From: an uncultured Chloroflexia bacterium
GTDB taxonomy: Bacteria; Chloroflexota; Limnocylindria; Limnocylindrales; CSP1-4
Direction of reading: 5' to 3'
DNA: 64,000 bases
NCBI GenBank assembly: GCA_963813535.1
Contig: CAWEZH010000002.1
Span: 160,001-224,000, forward strand
Under the pieces are notes generated by a model. It was not told the origin of the DNA, did not search any database, and saw nothing but the letters and a program-made list of their open reading frames with translations. Shown here in pieces: positions 28,987 to 38,748 of this stretch. Made by a program: the position numbers and the translations under genes. Positions within the stretch are counted from its first letter, which is position 1; every line of letters starts with the position of its first letter.

Positions 28987-30681
28987 GTGACTTCCGCTAG
29001 TGGTCTCGCCGATCAGAGTGCCTCCGGGTCCCTGCGCGCGGTCCTGACGAACGCCGGCCTGCTGCGGATCGTCGCCGGCTGGAGCTGCGGGATCGCGGGT
29101 GATACCGCGCTATTGGTTGCGATCCTGATCATCGCCTTCCAGCAGGGCGGACCGCTGGCCGTGGGAGTGTTCGGTGCCGTCCGGATCGCTCCGTCGATCA
29201 TCGCGGGGCCGCTGCTCGCCGGGCCGGCCAGCCGCCTGCACCCGACACGGCTGCTCCTGAGCGTTCAACTGATCCGGGCGATCGCGGCAGTCGCCGCGGT
29301 CGGTGTCATCGTGGCCGGCGGCTCGTTGCCGGCACTGTTCCTCGCGAACGCCGTCGGGGCGACGGCAGGCGCCCTGGTTCGACCCTCCCAGTCCGCGGCT
29401 TTGCCATCACTGGCGCGGACGCCAGGCGAGCTGGTCGCCGCCAACGTCGCCTTGTCTACGGGCGAGGGACTGGGCGCCTTTGCCGGTCCACTCCTCGCGG
29501 GAATCCTCGTGGCCGTATCCGGTCCACTGGCCGCGGCGGTCGCCGGCACGGTCCTGTTCGGCCTCGCGACGTTGTCGATGGTCGGTCTCGGGTCATCCGC
29601 CGACGACGAGGCCGAAGCGGCCGCGGAGCAGCGGGCGCGGGAGGCCCTCGCCGAGAGTCGGGCGGCGGGCGGTCCCCTCGGGGAGGTGACTGATGGCATT
29701 CGCGTCGTTCGGCGTCGACCGGGCGCGACCGCGCTGTTCGTCGGCCTCGGGAGCCAGGTCGCGACGCGCGGGCTGATGATCGCGCTGATTCCCGCCGCAT
29801 CGTTCAACCTTCTTGGGCTTGGCGAGCCGGGGGTCGGAACGTTGAACGCTGCCTGGGGTCTCGGCGGGCTGCTCGGTGGCCTGGCGGCGGTCGGCCTCGC
29901 GAGTCGGCAGAGGCTAGGCCCCGCCTTTGCGCTATCGCTTGTGCTGTGGGGGCTCCCGTTGGCGGTCATCGGCGCCGTACCACTGCCGGTCGTCGCGTTC
30001 GCTGCGATGTTCGCCTCCGGCACAGGTAACGCGACGATCGACATTTCCGGCTTCACCCTGCTGCAACGAACGATCCCGTCGGCCGATCGGATGGTCGCTT
30101 TCGTCCTTGTCGAGGCGATCGCCGGACTTGGCATGGCTCTGGGGTCGATCCTCGCTCCGGTCCTCCTCGCCGCCGTCGGCGACCGCGGAGCGTTGCTCCT
30201 GGCCGGTGCGATCCTGCCGATCGTCTCAGTCGCGACGTGGGGCCGGATCAAGCGCGTCGACGAGGAGGCGGTCGTTCCGACCGAGCAGCTCGCGATCCTG
30301 CGTAGTGCGCCGATGTTTGAACGGTTGCCGATGACCGCGCTCGAGCGACTGGCGGAGGGCATGCGGTCGGTCGCGTTCGAGCCCGCCAGCGACATCGTGC
30401 GTGAAGGCGAGAGGGGCGACGCCTACCTGATCGTGGGCGCCGGGCGTGTCGAGGTCAGCGTGGCCGGACAGCCGGTCGCCAAGCTCGGACCTGGGCAAGC
30501 GTTTGGCGAGATCGCGCTGCTACGCGGCGTACCTCGCACGGCTACCGTTCGAGCGATCGTCCCGACGACGATCTACACGATCGCCTGCAGCGATTTCCAC
30601 GAGGCGATCTCTGGTCCGACCAGCGCGGCGATCGCCAATCGGGTTGCCACCGAGCACCTCGCTAGGGAGGCTCGCGCGTAG
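28987..30681 (+). CDS. MFS transporter with C-terminal cyclic-nucleotide-binding domain
   Basis: About 12 TM segments; IVREGERGD..LGPGQAFGEIALL..PRTATVRA. Confidence 0.9.
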   Translation: MTSASGLADQSASGSLRAVLTNAGLLRIVAGWSCGIAGDTALLVAILIIAFQQGGPLAVGVFGAVRIAPSIIAGPLLAGPASRLHPTRLLLSVQLIRAIAAVAAVGVIVAGGSLPALFLANAVGATAGALVRPSQSAALPSLARTPGELVAANVALSTGEGLGAFAGPLLAGILVAVSGPLAAAVAGTVLFGLATLSMVGLGSSADDEAEAAAEQRAREALAESRAAGGPLGEVTDGIRVVRRRPGATALFVGLGSQVATRGLMIALIPAASFNLLGLGEPGVGTLNAAWGLGGLLGGLAAVGLASRQRLGPAFALSLVLWGLPLAVIGAVPLPVVAFAAMFASGTGNATIDISGFTLLQRTIPSADRMVAFVLVEAIAGLGMALGSILAPVLLAAVGDRGALLLAGAILPIVSVATWGRIKRVDEEAVVPTEQLAILRSAPMFERLPMTALERLAEGMRSVAFEPASDIVREGERGDAYLIVGAGRVEVSVAGQPVAKLGPGQAFGEIALLRGVPRTATVRAIVPTTIYTIACSDFHEAISGPTSAAIANRVATEHLAREARA

Positions 30682-30831
30682 GCGAACGGGTGACCGGGAT
30701 GCGATCGCCGGCGTTCCCACTGAAGATCAGGCCGGCCGGACCAGGGCTCCGCACCGGGGCTGCTCGACCCCGGGATGTAGATCAGGCTCCGCTGATGACC
30801 TTGGACCGCATCGGGAGGCTGTTGTAAGGGT

Positions 30832-30957
30832 CTCCGGTCGCCAGCGTCAGAGAAACATCGACCTTGGATGATCGGGTGAGGTTATGTCGACCACCGCGAC
30901 ACGAAACAAGCCATCTCTCGGCCCGCTCCTCGCCGCGAGCCTGTGCTCTGCTGTGGT
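30832..30957 (+). repeat. Imperfect direct repeat, copy 1 (upstream region plus gene start)
   Basis: CTCCGGTCGCC.GCGTCAGAGA.ACATC.ACCT.GGATGATCGGGTGAGGT.ATGTCGAC...CGAAACAAGC.ATCTCTC...CTCCTCGCCGCGAGC also at 31521. Confidence 0.8.
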
Positions 30958-31567
30958 TCCGGGCCGGCGGTTGTCGTTGATGGCAGCATCACTCGTCGCC
31001 CTCGGCGCAGTCGTGCTCGCCTCGCCGGCGCCAGCCGCTGCCGTGGACGTCACATTCGAGCCGAGCCAGGGTCGACCGGGGAGCAAGATCGCCATCCCGG
31101 AGACGATCTGTGCGTATCAACAGTCTGGCCTTGACCAGGTCTGGTTCAGCGACCGGTTCGTGCCCCCGAGCCCCGACGGGATCACAGACTTCCGCCCGGT
31201 GGCGACCGCGATCCTCACGCCCGTCGGAGGCACGGAAACCGAGTTCGGCATCATCGATGCCGCCGCGAGGTTCGTTGTCCCCCGGCTGCCCGCCGGCCGG
31301 TACTACCTGTATGTGGCGTGTTGGGACGCTGACGCCTGCTGCGTGCCACTCGAGCCGACGTTCCGCGTCCTCGGGGCACCCGATACGTCGACCGAGGAGG
31401 TGCTCACGAGCGGAAACGGGCACTCCGTGGTGGGTACTCGGTCTTGCATTCGGGCTCGGGTTCGCAGTGACCGCGATCCGCTTGCGTGACCGTCGGGGAG
31501 CCGCGATCGCCCGCAAGCCGCTCCGGTCGCCGGCGTCAGAGACACATCTACCTGGATGATCGGGTGA
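30884..31567 (+). CDS. Secreted/surface hypothetical protein with APDTST motif and C-terminal TM (frameshift ~31420; 3' end approximate)
   Basis: Signal-like LVALGAVVLASPAPAAA; APDTST followed in another frame by WWVLGLAFGLGFAVTAIRLRDRR. Confidence 0.55.
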
Positions 31568-31648
31568 GGTCATGTCGACAAGCACGATCCGAAACAAGCG
31601 ATCTCTCAGTCCCACTCCTCGCCGCGAGCTGGTGCTCAGCTGCGGTGG
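31521..31648 (+). repeat. Imperfect direct repeat, copy 2
   Basis: Matches 30832-30957. Confidence 0.8.
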
Positions 31649-32243
31649 CAGCGCTCCGCCATCACCCTCCGCTGAGGCACCGACCCTCCCGGCGAGCCCG
31701 GCGGCATCGACTCCATCGGTCGCATCCCCGGCAGCCTCGCCGACGGAATTCACGTCCGAGCGGTACGGGTATTCCCTGCGGCTGCCGACGGGCTGGTACA
31801 TGCGCTCGGAGGGTCCGGGCAAGTGGACGCCGTTCGAGATCAGCTACTTCGGCGCTGGGACCGACTCGTTCGAAGAGGACTACGAAGGGCGCGGCGAGAT
31901 CCTCGACTTCCCGGGTATCACGTACGGGTTCTACGTCTCCGCGTCCGAGCTCTCGAAGCCGACGACCCTCGACGCGTGGACGGATCTGCTGGCATCGACG
32001 ATGCACGCAACGTCGAGCTGCCAGGGTGCACCTGAGCGGGAGGCGATGACAGTCGATGGCGAACCGGCGGTCGTCCTGGTCTATGACCGCACCGACTGCA
32101 CGCACGACCATCACGTCCTGGTGGTCGGGGTGATCCACGGGACGATGGGCTACAACCTGATGTGGCTCGCCAAACGCGGCGAGGACGACCTGCGTCGAGA
32201 CACGTTCGATGCTGTCGTGGGCACGTTCAGGTGGACCGACTAG
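31572..32243 (+). CDS. Putative lipoprotein (PsbP-like fold possible)
   Basis: LVLSCGG, Pro/Ser linker, FTSERYGYSLRLPTGW, TVDGEPA, FDAVVGTFRW. Confidence 0.6.
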   Translation: MSTSTIRNKRSLSPTPRRELVLSCGGSAPPSPSAEAPTLPASPAASTPSVASPAASPTEFTSERYGYSLRLPTGWYMRSEGPGKWTPFEISYFGAGTDSFEEDYEGRGEILDFPGITYGFYVSASELSKPTTLDAWTDLLASTMHATSSCQGAPEREAMTVDGEPAVVLVYDRTDCTHDHHVLVVGVIHGTMGYNLMWLAKRGEDDLRRDTFDAVVGTFRWTD

Positions 32244-32249
32244 CCTAGG

Positions 32250-32425
32250 TCAGCTCGTGTAGGCCTGATCCACGTAGCACCACGTCCAGGCTTCGCCGGG
32301 CTCGATCGAGCGCATCACCGGATGCCCGGTCGGTGCCACGCATCGCGCAGAGGCGGGCTGAATCGGGGCCAAGTCGAGCTGTCCGCGAGTCAATTGACCG
32401 CACCGAGGACATACCAGGTCAGGAT
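32250..32425 (-). pseudogene. Remnant of UBP-type zinc finger gene
   Basis: TGHPVMRSIEPGEAWTWCYVD matches the zf-UBP C-terminus; the upstream Cys/His ligands are mostly missing. Confidence 0.5.
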
Positions 32426-32498
32426 CGCGGCTCGGGCCGAGCGCGATCGCCGGGACCGCCCCGCGCCATACTCCGACCGTCGACAGCGGAGGAGGCGT

Positions 32499-33506
32499 AT
32501 GGGCAGGATCGGGGCCGCGGTCTGGGCGACGGGGCATGCCGGACGGGTGATCGTCGAGGCCGGGCTCACCCGGCCGTGGCTCGAGTTCCGCGGCGGGATC
32601 GTCTACGACCCCGCGAAGGACGGGCTGGACCTCGGCCAGGCGTGCGGGCTCGACGTCCGTCTCGGGGCGCCGGTCTCGACCGACGTCGACGCCGTCCTCG
32701 CTCGTCCGGACATCGACGTCGTCTTCTACACGGGGATCGGCAGCCCGACCGAGGTCGCCGACGCCTGCCTGCGCGCCAACCGCGCCGGCAAGGACGCGAT
32801 CACGATCTCCGGCCTCGTCCACCCGAAGACGGTCCTGGGCGCGACCGCGGCCGCCGAGCTCGATGCGGCCGCACGTGCCGCCGGCGGCCGGATCCTCGGC
32901 ACCGGGCTCTGGGACTACCTCACGATCACGCTGCCACTCGCGTCGCTGTCCAACGTGATCCGCTTCGACGAGATCCGACTGGAGCGGGTGGCCGACACGT
33001 CGTTGTGGGGCCACGGCATCCTGCGCGACGAGGGGATCGGCGGGCCGATCGAGGCAGCCGGTGGCGGCTTCATGATGCGCAACTTCCTCGTCGAGGCGCT
33101 GATGCTGCTGGCCGAGTCGGCCGGGCTCGAGGTGGACGAGCCGACGTTCGAGAGCACCCCCGTCCTGACCGATGTCCGCCGCGAGCGGAACGGCTACGTC
33201 GCCGAGCCCGGGACGATCGGCGGTCACGACCGGCGGGCGGCCGCCAACATCCGGGGCGGCGGGCGGCTCGTGTCGGTGTGGCGCGGGCTGTTCGACCTGC
33301 AGCCGGAGCGCGACGGCATGGAGGCATCCGCCAAGGTCATCGTCGAGGGCGACCCGCCGTTCGAGACGACCGTTCGGGGCGACCTCTTCCTCGACACCTA
33401 CCCGCCGACCGGGGCGCGGGCGATGGCCGCGGTGCGTCCGCTCCGGCTCCTGCCACCCGGGCTGCACACGATCGACGAGCTGTCCCAGCGACCGATCTTC
33501 GGGTAG
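32499..33506 (+). CDS. DapB-like NAD(P)-dependent amine dehydrogenase family protein
   Basis: RBS GGAGGAGG. AVWATGHAG, DPAKDGLDLG, ELDAAARAAG..GTG, LPPGL. Confidence 0.8.
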   Translation: MGRIGAAVWATGHAGRVIVEAGLTRPWLEFRGGIVYDPAKDGLDLGQACGLDVRLGAPVSTDVDAVLARPDIDVVFYTGIGSPTEVADACLRANRAGKDAITISGLVHPKTVLGATAAAELDAAARAAGGRILGTGLWDYLTITLPLASLSNVIRFDEIRLERVADTSLWGHGILRDEGIGGPIEAAGGGFMMRNFLVEALMLLAESAGLEVDEPTFESTPVLTDVRRERNGYVAEPGTIGGHDRRAAANIRGGGRLVSVWRGLFDLQPERDGMEASAKVIVEGDPPFETTVRGDLFLDTYPPTGARAMAAVRPLRLLPPGLHTIDELSQRPIFG

Positions 33507-33507
33507 G

Positions 33508-34640
33508 TCAGCCGGCGAGCTGACCCGGATGCTCGCCTTCGACGACGACCAGGCCGCGCTCGGCGAGCGCGTCGACGAACGGCCGCGGCGTCGAAGGCCG
33601 CCTCCGGTGGATGGACGCCGGTCGGCCCGCCGCGCGCGACCAGGTCCGCGGCGATCGCCGCGACCGTGCCGGTGATCGCGGCCGACGCTGACCGCCCGAC
33701 CTGCTCGACCGCGAAGTCGTAGGTCAGCGTCATCGGCCGGCCGTCGAGCGTGCCCTCGACCCGGACGTGCTTGACGTTCGCGCTCCGCTCGGTCGGGCCG
33801 ATGCCGCGCCGGCCGATGTACGCCGCCGCGAATCGACGCGGCGAGATCGCGACGCCGTCGACGACGAACGGCTCCTCGCGATCGAAGCCGAGCTCGAGCA
33901 GGACGCGGATCCGGGCCGTCTCGTCGGCCGGGTAGCCGACCTTGAACACGACGTCGCGGACGTCGATCGTCCGCGGCAGCGTCACGCGGCTCGGGGTGGG
34001 GGACGAGGTGGACCTCCTGCTCGCCGTACGGCTCCGGGAAGGCGAAGCGCTCCTCGCCGCTGAACGAGGGGTATTCGACCGGCTGGCCGGCCTCCCACAC
34101 GATCGACGTCCCGGTGCTGGCGTCGAAGCGGGTCACGACGATCCCCGGTGACGTCCACATCGGATGGGTGATGTACGAGTACATCCGGATCGCGTCGACC
34201 GTGTCGAGCCGGTCGGCGCCGAGCCTCGCCAGGACGTTGGTCAGGCCGGGCGCGACGCCGCAGCCGGGGACGATCCGGCAGCCGGCCGCCTCCGCGGCCG
34301 CATGCCGCTCGAGCTGCTGGAGCGTCTCCGGGTAGTACGAGCCGAGGTCGACGAGGTGGACGCCCGCGGCGATCGCCGCGTCGGTGACGAGCACGTTGTG
34401 CCGCATGTAGGTCGCGTTGAGCACGACGTCGGTGTCGGCGAGGGCCGGCGCCAGCGACGCGGGGTCGTCGACGTCGACCTGGACGACTCGATCGGGTGCA
34501 CCGAGTCGGTCGAGCAGGGCGTGCGCGGCATCCACCCGGATGTCGCCGATCGACACCTCGTGGTCGGTCCGCTCGACGAGGTCGGCGACGGCCGCCGATC
34601 CCATCTCGCCCGAGCCGCCGAGGACCAGGATGCGAGCCAC
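33508..34640 (-). CDS. Saccharopine dehydrogenase family protein (two frameshifts)
   Basis: ILVLGGSGEMG, AGVHLVDLG, GCGVAPGLTN, HPEP, GVHPPE. Confidence 0.85.
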
Positions 34641-34739
34641 GCGCCGATCGTAGTTGACACGCCATGCCGCTGGTCCAAGGTTCGGTCGTGGATGCCACGG
34701 CTCCCTCGACGACGACGTCCGGCGTCGCGACGAGCCCTG

Positions 34740-35604
34740 TCAGCTGCGGAGGCTCCAATGTCGACTGGGCTTCCAGTGGGCTACCGCTTCGTTCTCGCAG
34801 CCGACTCCGTCTCCATCTCGGTCAAGGTCGAATTCGTCATACCCGACGACTCTGATCGAGCCCGCTCACGTAGTTCGGTCCATTGCCAGAGCCGCTAGCG
34901 CAGTCGTAGTCGCCACTGTTCTGTCGTAGACAGGCACCTCGATAGGACGGGTGGCAATTGCTTCTGCTGTCAGGTCGAGGAGGTGTCGGCCGAGGGGCCG
35001 GCGGAGGCGGTGGCGTGTCTCCCTTCATGGTTACCAGCCACTTCTGGACAGTTGCTCTTCACCACCATGATCGCGCCACGGGAATGCGGTACGGAATGGC
35101 TTCCTGCCCTTCTCTTGATCGCTGTCCCCCACAGTGACGCGGCCTCGGACCGTGGATGCGGATGACGGGTCCAGCGACCAGTCCACTCGGCAATTGAAGT
35201 CGCTGGCCGTCACGTCCCACCGGAGGGTCGCGTAGTCATGAGGGAACGACACCCGTGTCCACGCGTAATTGCCACGCGAGCCCCGAAACTTGGCGGGCTC
35301 CACGGGCCCCGGCGGTCACCCGGGTGGTCGCTCGTCGAGTTCTCGGGCTTGGGGGTCGGCTTGGGGGTCGGCTTGGGGGTGGGTTCGGGGGTCGGTTCGG
35401 GGGTTGGCTCGGAGGTCGGCTCGGAGGATCGGCTCGGAGGTCGGCGTCGCCGCTGGTTGGGTTTCCGGTGCGACGCTCGGGGCTGTCTCGATCTTGGCGC
35501 TGGGTACTGTGGGCGCGAGTGCTAGCGAGCCGGTTTGGCACGCGCCGAGCACCAAAGCGAGCCCCAAGAAGAATGAGAACGGGTTTTGTCGTTGTACGAA
35601 GCAA
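34740..35604 (-). pseudogene. Pro-rich lipoprotein with C-terminal excalibur-like Ca-binding domain, multiply frameshifted
   Basis: LVLGAC lipobox, PTP(E/K) repeats, CHPSYRGAC..DYDCASGSGNGPNYV and DLDRDGDGVGCE in different frames. Confidence 0.55.
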
Positions 35605-35935
35605 GATGCTTGATCCTTACGAACTATTGGCCTGGCGGCGATCCAGGCGCACGCAGACATCGAAAATCGCCGCCCTGAACCCGGCATCCGAAGCATCCCT
35701 CGCGCGCGAGGGCACGACCAGGACACGACTGCGCAAATCGAGAAGTGATCCGATGCTCGCCTTCAGCAATCTGCGACGGATCTCATGTCACGCGCCGGTC
35801 GAGCGTGGCACCGACGGCATGCCCACCGACGTGAGCCATTGGTACTTCCTTGGGAACCGCCTGTTCTGGCCGACGGCCGGGACGCTGGGACCGTTACGGT
35901 CAGCGTTCCGGCGGTCGGTCAGACCGCGAAACTCC

Positions 35936-36760
35936 CTAGCGGAGCTTCAGTGTCGTGAAGACCCCATCGAGTCCATAGGCGTCATCCGACCACAGGAGCT
36001 TCAGCGAGGAGATGTCCTCCTTGGGCACCCGGAAGCAGATATTGCCGGCGATCTTGCCACCCTTGCGGACGTTCCGGTCGTCGTACGTGATGTCCTTCGG
36101 GATGACCCCGCAGGTCTCGCCTTCGAACGTCGAATACTCGACGTTCGTGCCTGAGCCGAGGACCATGAGGTGCTCAGACGCGTCGAACGAGGTCCGGCCG
36201 CTGCCCTTGTACACAGCGGTGATGGGGATGTTCACGTCGCGCCACCCGGCGGGCGGGGCGTCGTTGAACATGTTCTCGCGCTTGTTGACCTTCCATGCGT
36301 TGAAGTTGACCTTGCCCGGGCCGACGCGGATGTCCAGTCGGTGCCGGTGCGGAAGACCTTGTTTTTCTTCACGTCTGGCGCGGGTGTCGGGACGATACTC
36401 GCCGGTCTCCAGCGGCCGATGACACGAGGGCGGCGTCCAGCACGGCTTGGTCAGTCGTGGTGGCCATGCGCTCCTCGTCGCCGATGAGCTCCATGACGGT
36501 GTCGAAGTCCTCGGTCTCGGCGGCTGCCGCCGTGACATCGTCCATCGTGATCTGGATTCGTCTCGATTCCACCAACAGCGGCAGGGGTTGCTTCGACGGA
36601 GGGTTTGACCGTCGGCTTGACCGACGGGGTGACGACAGCCGGCGACGAAGCCGGCGACGCGGGGGCGAATTTCCCGTGGATGGGGCCTGGCTAGAGCCGG
36701 CGATGCTGCAACGGCGAGCACGAAAGTGCCAGCGGTCACGGCCATGCGCTTGAGTGTCAT
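35936..36760 (-). CDS. Secreted protein with DUF4352-like Ig domain (frameshifted)
   Basis: Signal MTLKRMAVTAGTFVLAVAASPALA; ENMFNDAPPAG..TAVYKGSG..GNICFRVP. Confidence 0.55.
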   Translation of the reverse strand: MTLKRMAVTAGTFVLAVAASPALARPHPREIRPRVAGFVAGCRHPVGQADGQTLRRSNPCRCWWNRDESRSRWTMSRRQPPRPRTSTPSWSSSATRSAWPPRLTKPCWTPPSCHRPLETGEYRPDTRARREEKQGLPHRHRLDIRVGPGKVNFNAWKVNKRENMFNDAPPAGWRDVNIPITAVYKGSGRTSFDASEHLMVLGSGTNVEYSTFEGETCGVIPKDITYDDRNVRKGGKIAGNICFRVPKEDISSLKLLWSDDAYGLDGVFTTLKLR

Positions 36761-37060
36761 GTTGTTCGGGTGTCTCCTTGTTTCGCCGTCATGTCGGACG
36801 GCCAGTGGTGATGAGAGCAGGGGCGACATCACGCTCACGAGGGACTCGTTTGCGACAGTGCCTTCATGTCCGCGGCGTCATGCAGCGGGGCTGTACGTTG
36901 AGGCGACCTAAGAAAAGGTTTGATCGCGCTCAACAAACTTGGACTCGCCTGAGGATGCGGGATACGTGCGTCGGATCCATCGCCCGACTTCAGCAAACTG
37001 GATCTTGCTTCGCTGCACAAATGCTGCAATCGCCGAGGCGAGCGACGCTGGTGGCTCTAG

Positions 37061-38517
37061 GTCAGCCCCCGACGCCTCTGACTCGCCAGTCGGTCGATAG
37101 TCAAGGCTACGTCGAGCCGTCGGCCTGCCTTACCTTCGAGGCTTCGTCCGAGCAATACCCGATCCGCTCGAGGCGATAGGCCACCGTCCGATCAGCAAGG
37201 TGCAGTCTGCGGGCCGCTCGCCGGCGGTTCTCGCCGGAGTCGAAGTAGACCTGCAGCGTCTCGATCAGCTCCTCGCCCATTCTCTTGTCGCTAGGAGGGC
37301 GCCGAGCTCGTCGGTCGACGATGGTCGAGCGCCAGGTCCCGGTCGCTCAGCAGGAGCCGCTCGATCGTCAGTTCGGCGAGATCATCGATCACCCCGTGAC
37401 GGCCGATCTCATCGGCGACCCGGAGGCCCTCCTGCAAGTCCGCGAGTCCGCGAGCGATCTCTCCCACGCCGGCCGCCTCGACCGCGATCGCGGCCCAGGA
37501 AGTGTCTCGCGTCGGCTCGACCCTCACCAGGACCCTCCGAATCGCGTCCTGGAGCCGGAGCGCACTCGCGAGGATCGGACCCGAGGATCGCACGATCCGG
37601 CGACGCCACGTGACGGCCAGCGGCGCCTGGATCCGCTGGCGACCGCGTCCGCGCGTGAGCTCCGCCGGCGAAGGAGGTGGTCGATGCGTCCGGCGAGCTG
37701 CTCGAGATCCGCGACCGTCGAAGCCGGGTTGATCCGGTGTCGGATCGGCTTCGGGACCAGGCATGATCGCCGCGACGCGATACGTCGCATCGGCGTCCAT
37801 GCCATACCGCAGCGCGAGTCGACGGAGACGCATCGCAGCACGTGCAGTGGTCGGCTCCGCGTTCAGCAGCTCCTCGAGCGCCGCCCGCCGCGCTGCGCGC
37901 ATCACGGGCGAGCAGCTCCCGACTCGGTCGCTCGGTAGCCCTCGCCGACCGCCAGGGATGCCAGCTCGGTCGCCAGCAACAGCCATCGACCAGCTCTTCA
38001 AGCTGATCAGCTCCGAGATCGGACGTGTGGATCCGATCGACGCCGTGCTCCCAGATTTCCGTCGGACGTGAGAGCTAAGACCAGGAAGACGATGAGGCGT
38101 CGGCCCTGCCTCGCCGCGATCGAACCCGACTCGTACAAAAGGGACAGGGCCATTGCGAGGTCTAGGCGCCCCTCGGCGAGCGCGCGATTCGCCAGGTCGG
38201 CGAGAGCCTCGTACGTCTCGGCGCGGATGCGCGGTCGAACGGGTTCACAGCGGCGTTGCCGACGGCTCGAGCTCGCAGGACGGGTATGGCCGCCTCGAGG
38301 TCGTCCGCCTGAGCCGAGACGTGCGCGATCAAGAACGTCAGCCTGACGCGGGCGCGGCACTCCTCCTCGGACTCGACCAGGTCGGCGGGAACGCCGCGAT
38401 GACCAACTCGATGTCCGGCAGGACGAGATCGATGAAGTCGCCCGGCGGAGCCTTTGCCACGTAGGGCGGACACCCCCAGTTCATGCCGGCAGGGTAGCAG
38501 TCGGGTCCTTGGCTCAT
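37061..38517 (-). pseudogene. PucR/CdaR-family regulator, heavily frameshifted (boundaries approximate)
   Basis: ELTIERLLL and LIETLQVYFDSGENRR.AARRLHLADRTVAYRLERI (PucR C-terminal HTH). Confidence 0.65.
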
Positions 38518-38602
38518 GGTGGATGCGATGAGGGGCTCGGGCAAGACCAAGGCTCGGCTCGTGAAGGCTCTGCAGCTCCCGGAAACAACGCGGTGTCGTA
38601 AC

Positions 38603-38667
38603 TCGACGGATGTCGACGCCGTCCCCGGTCGTGCGGACATCGACGTCGTCTTCTACACGGGATCGGC
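38603..38667 (+). pseudogene. Short fragment paralogous to the dehydrogenase at 32499
   Basis: STDVDAVPGRADIDVVFYTG vs STDVDAVLARPDIDVVFYTG (32676-32741), with clear nucleotide similarity. Confidence 0.65.
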
Positions 38668-38748
38668 GCAACTCGTCCTGGGCCGACTCACCGTCGAGAG
38701 AGCGCCTGAGTTGCTGCGATAATGGGTCGCCGCTCCACGAGGGGAAGG

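Noticed and set aside
32250-34640. 796-aa saccharopine dehydrogenase-zinc finger fusion
   Set aside because: Frameshift read-through antisense to the real gene at 32499-33506.
35346-35445. Tandem 12-nt repeats (TTGGGGGTCGGC) as a CRISPR array or VNTR element
   Set aside because: No unique spacers; they encode a PTP(E/K) linker on the minus strand, and no cas genes are present.
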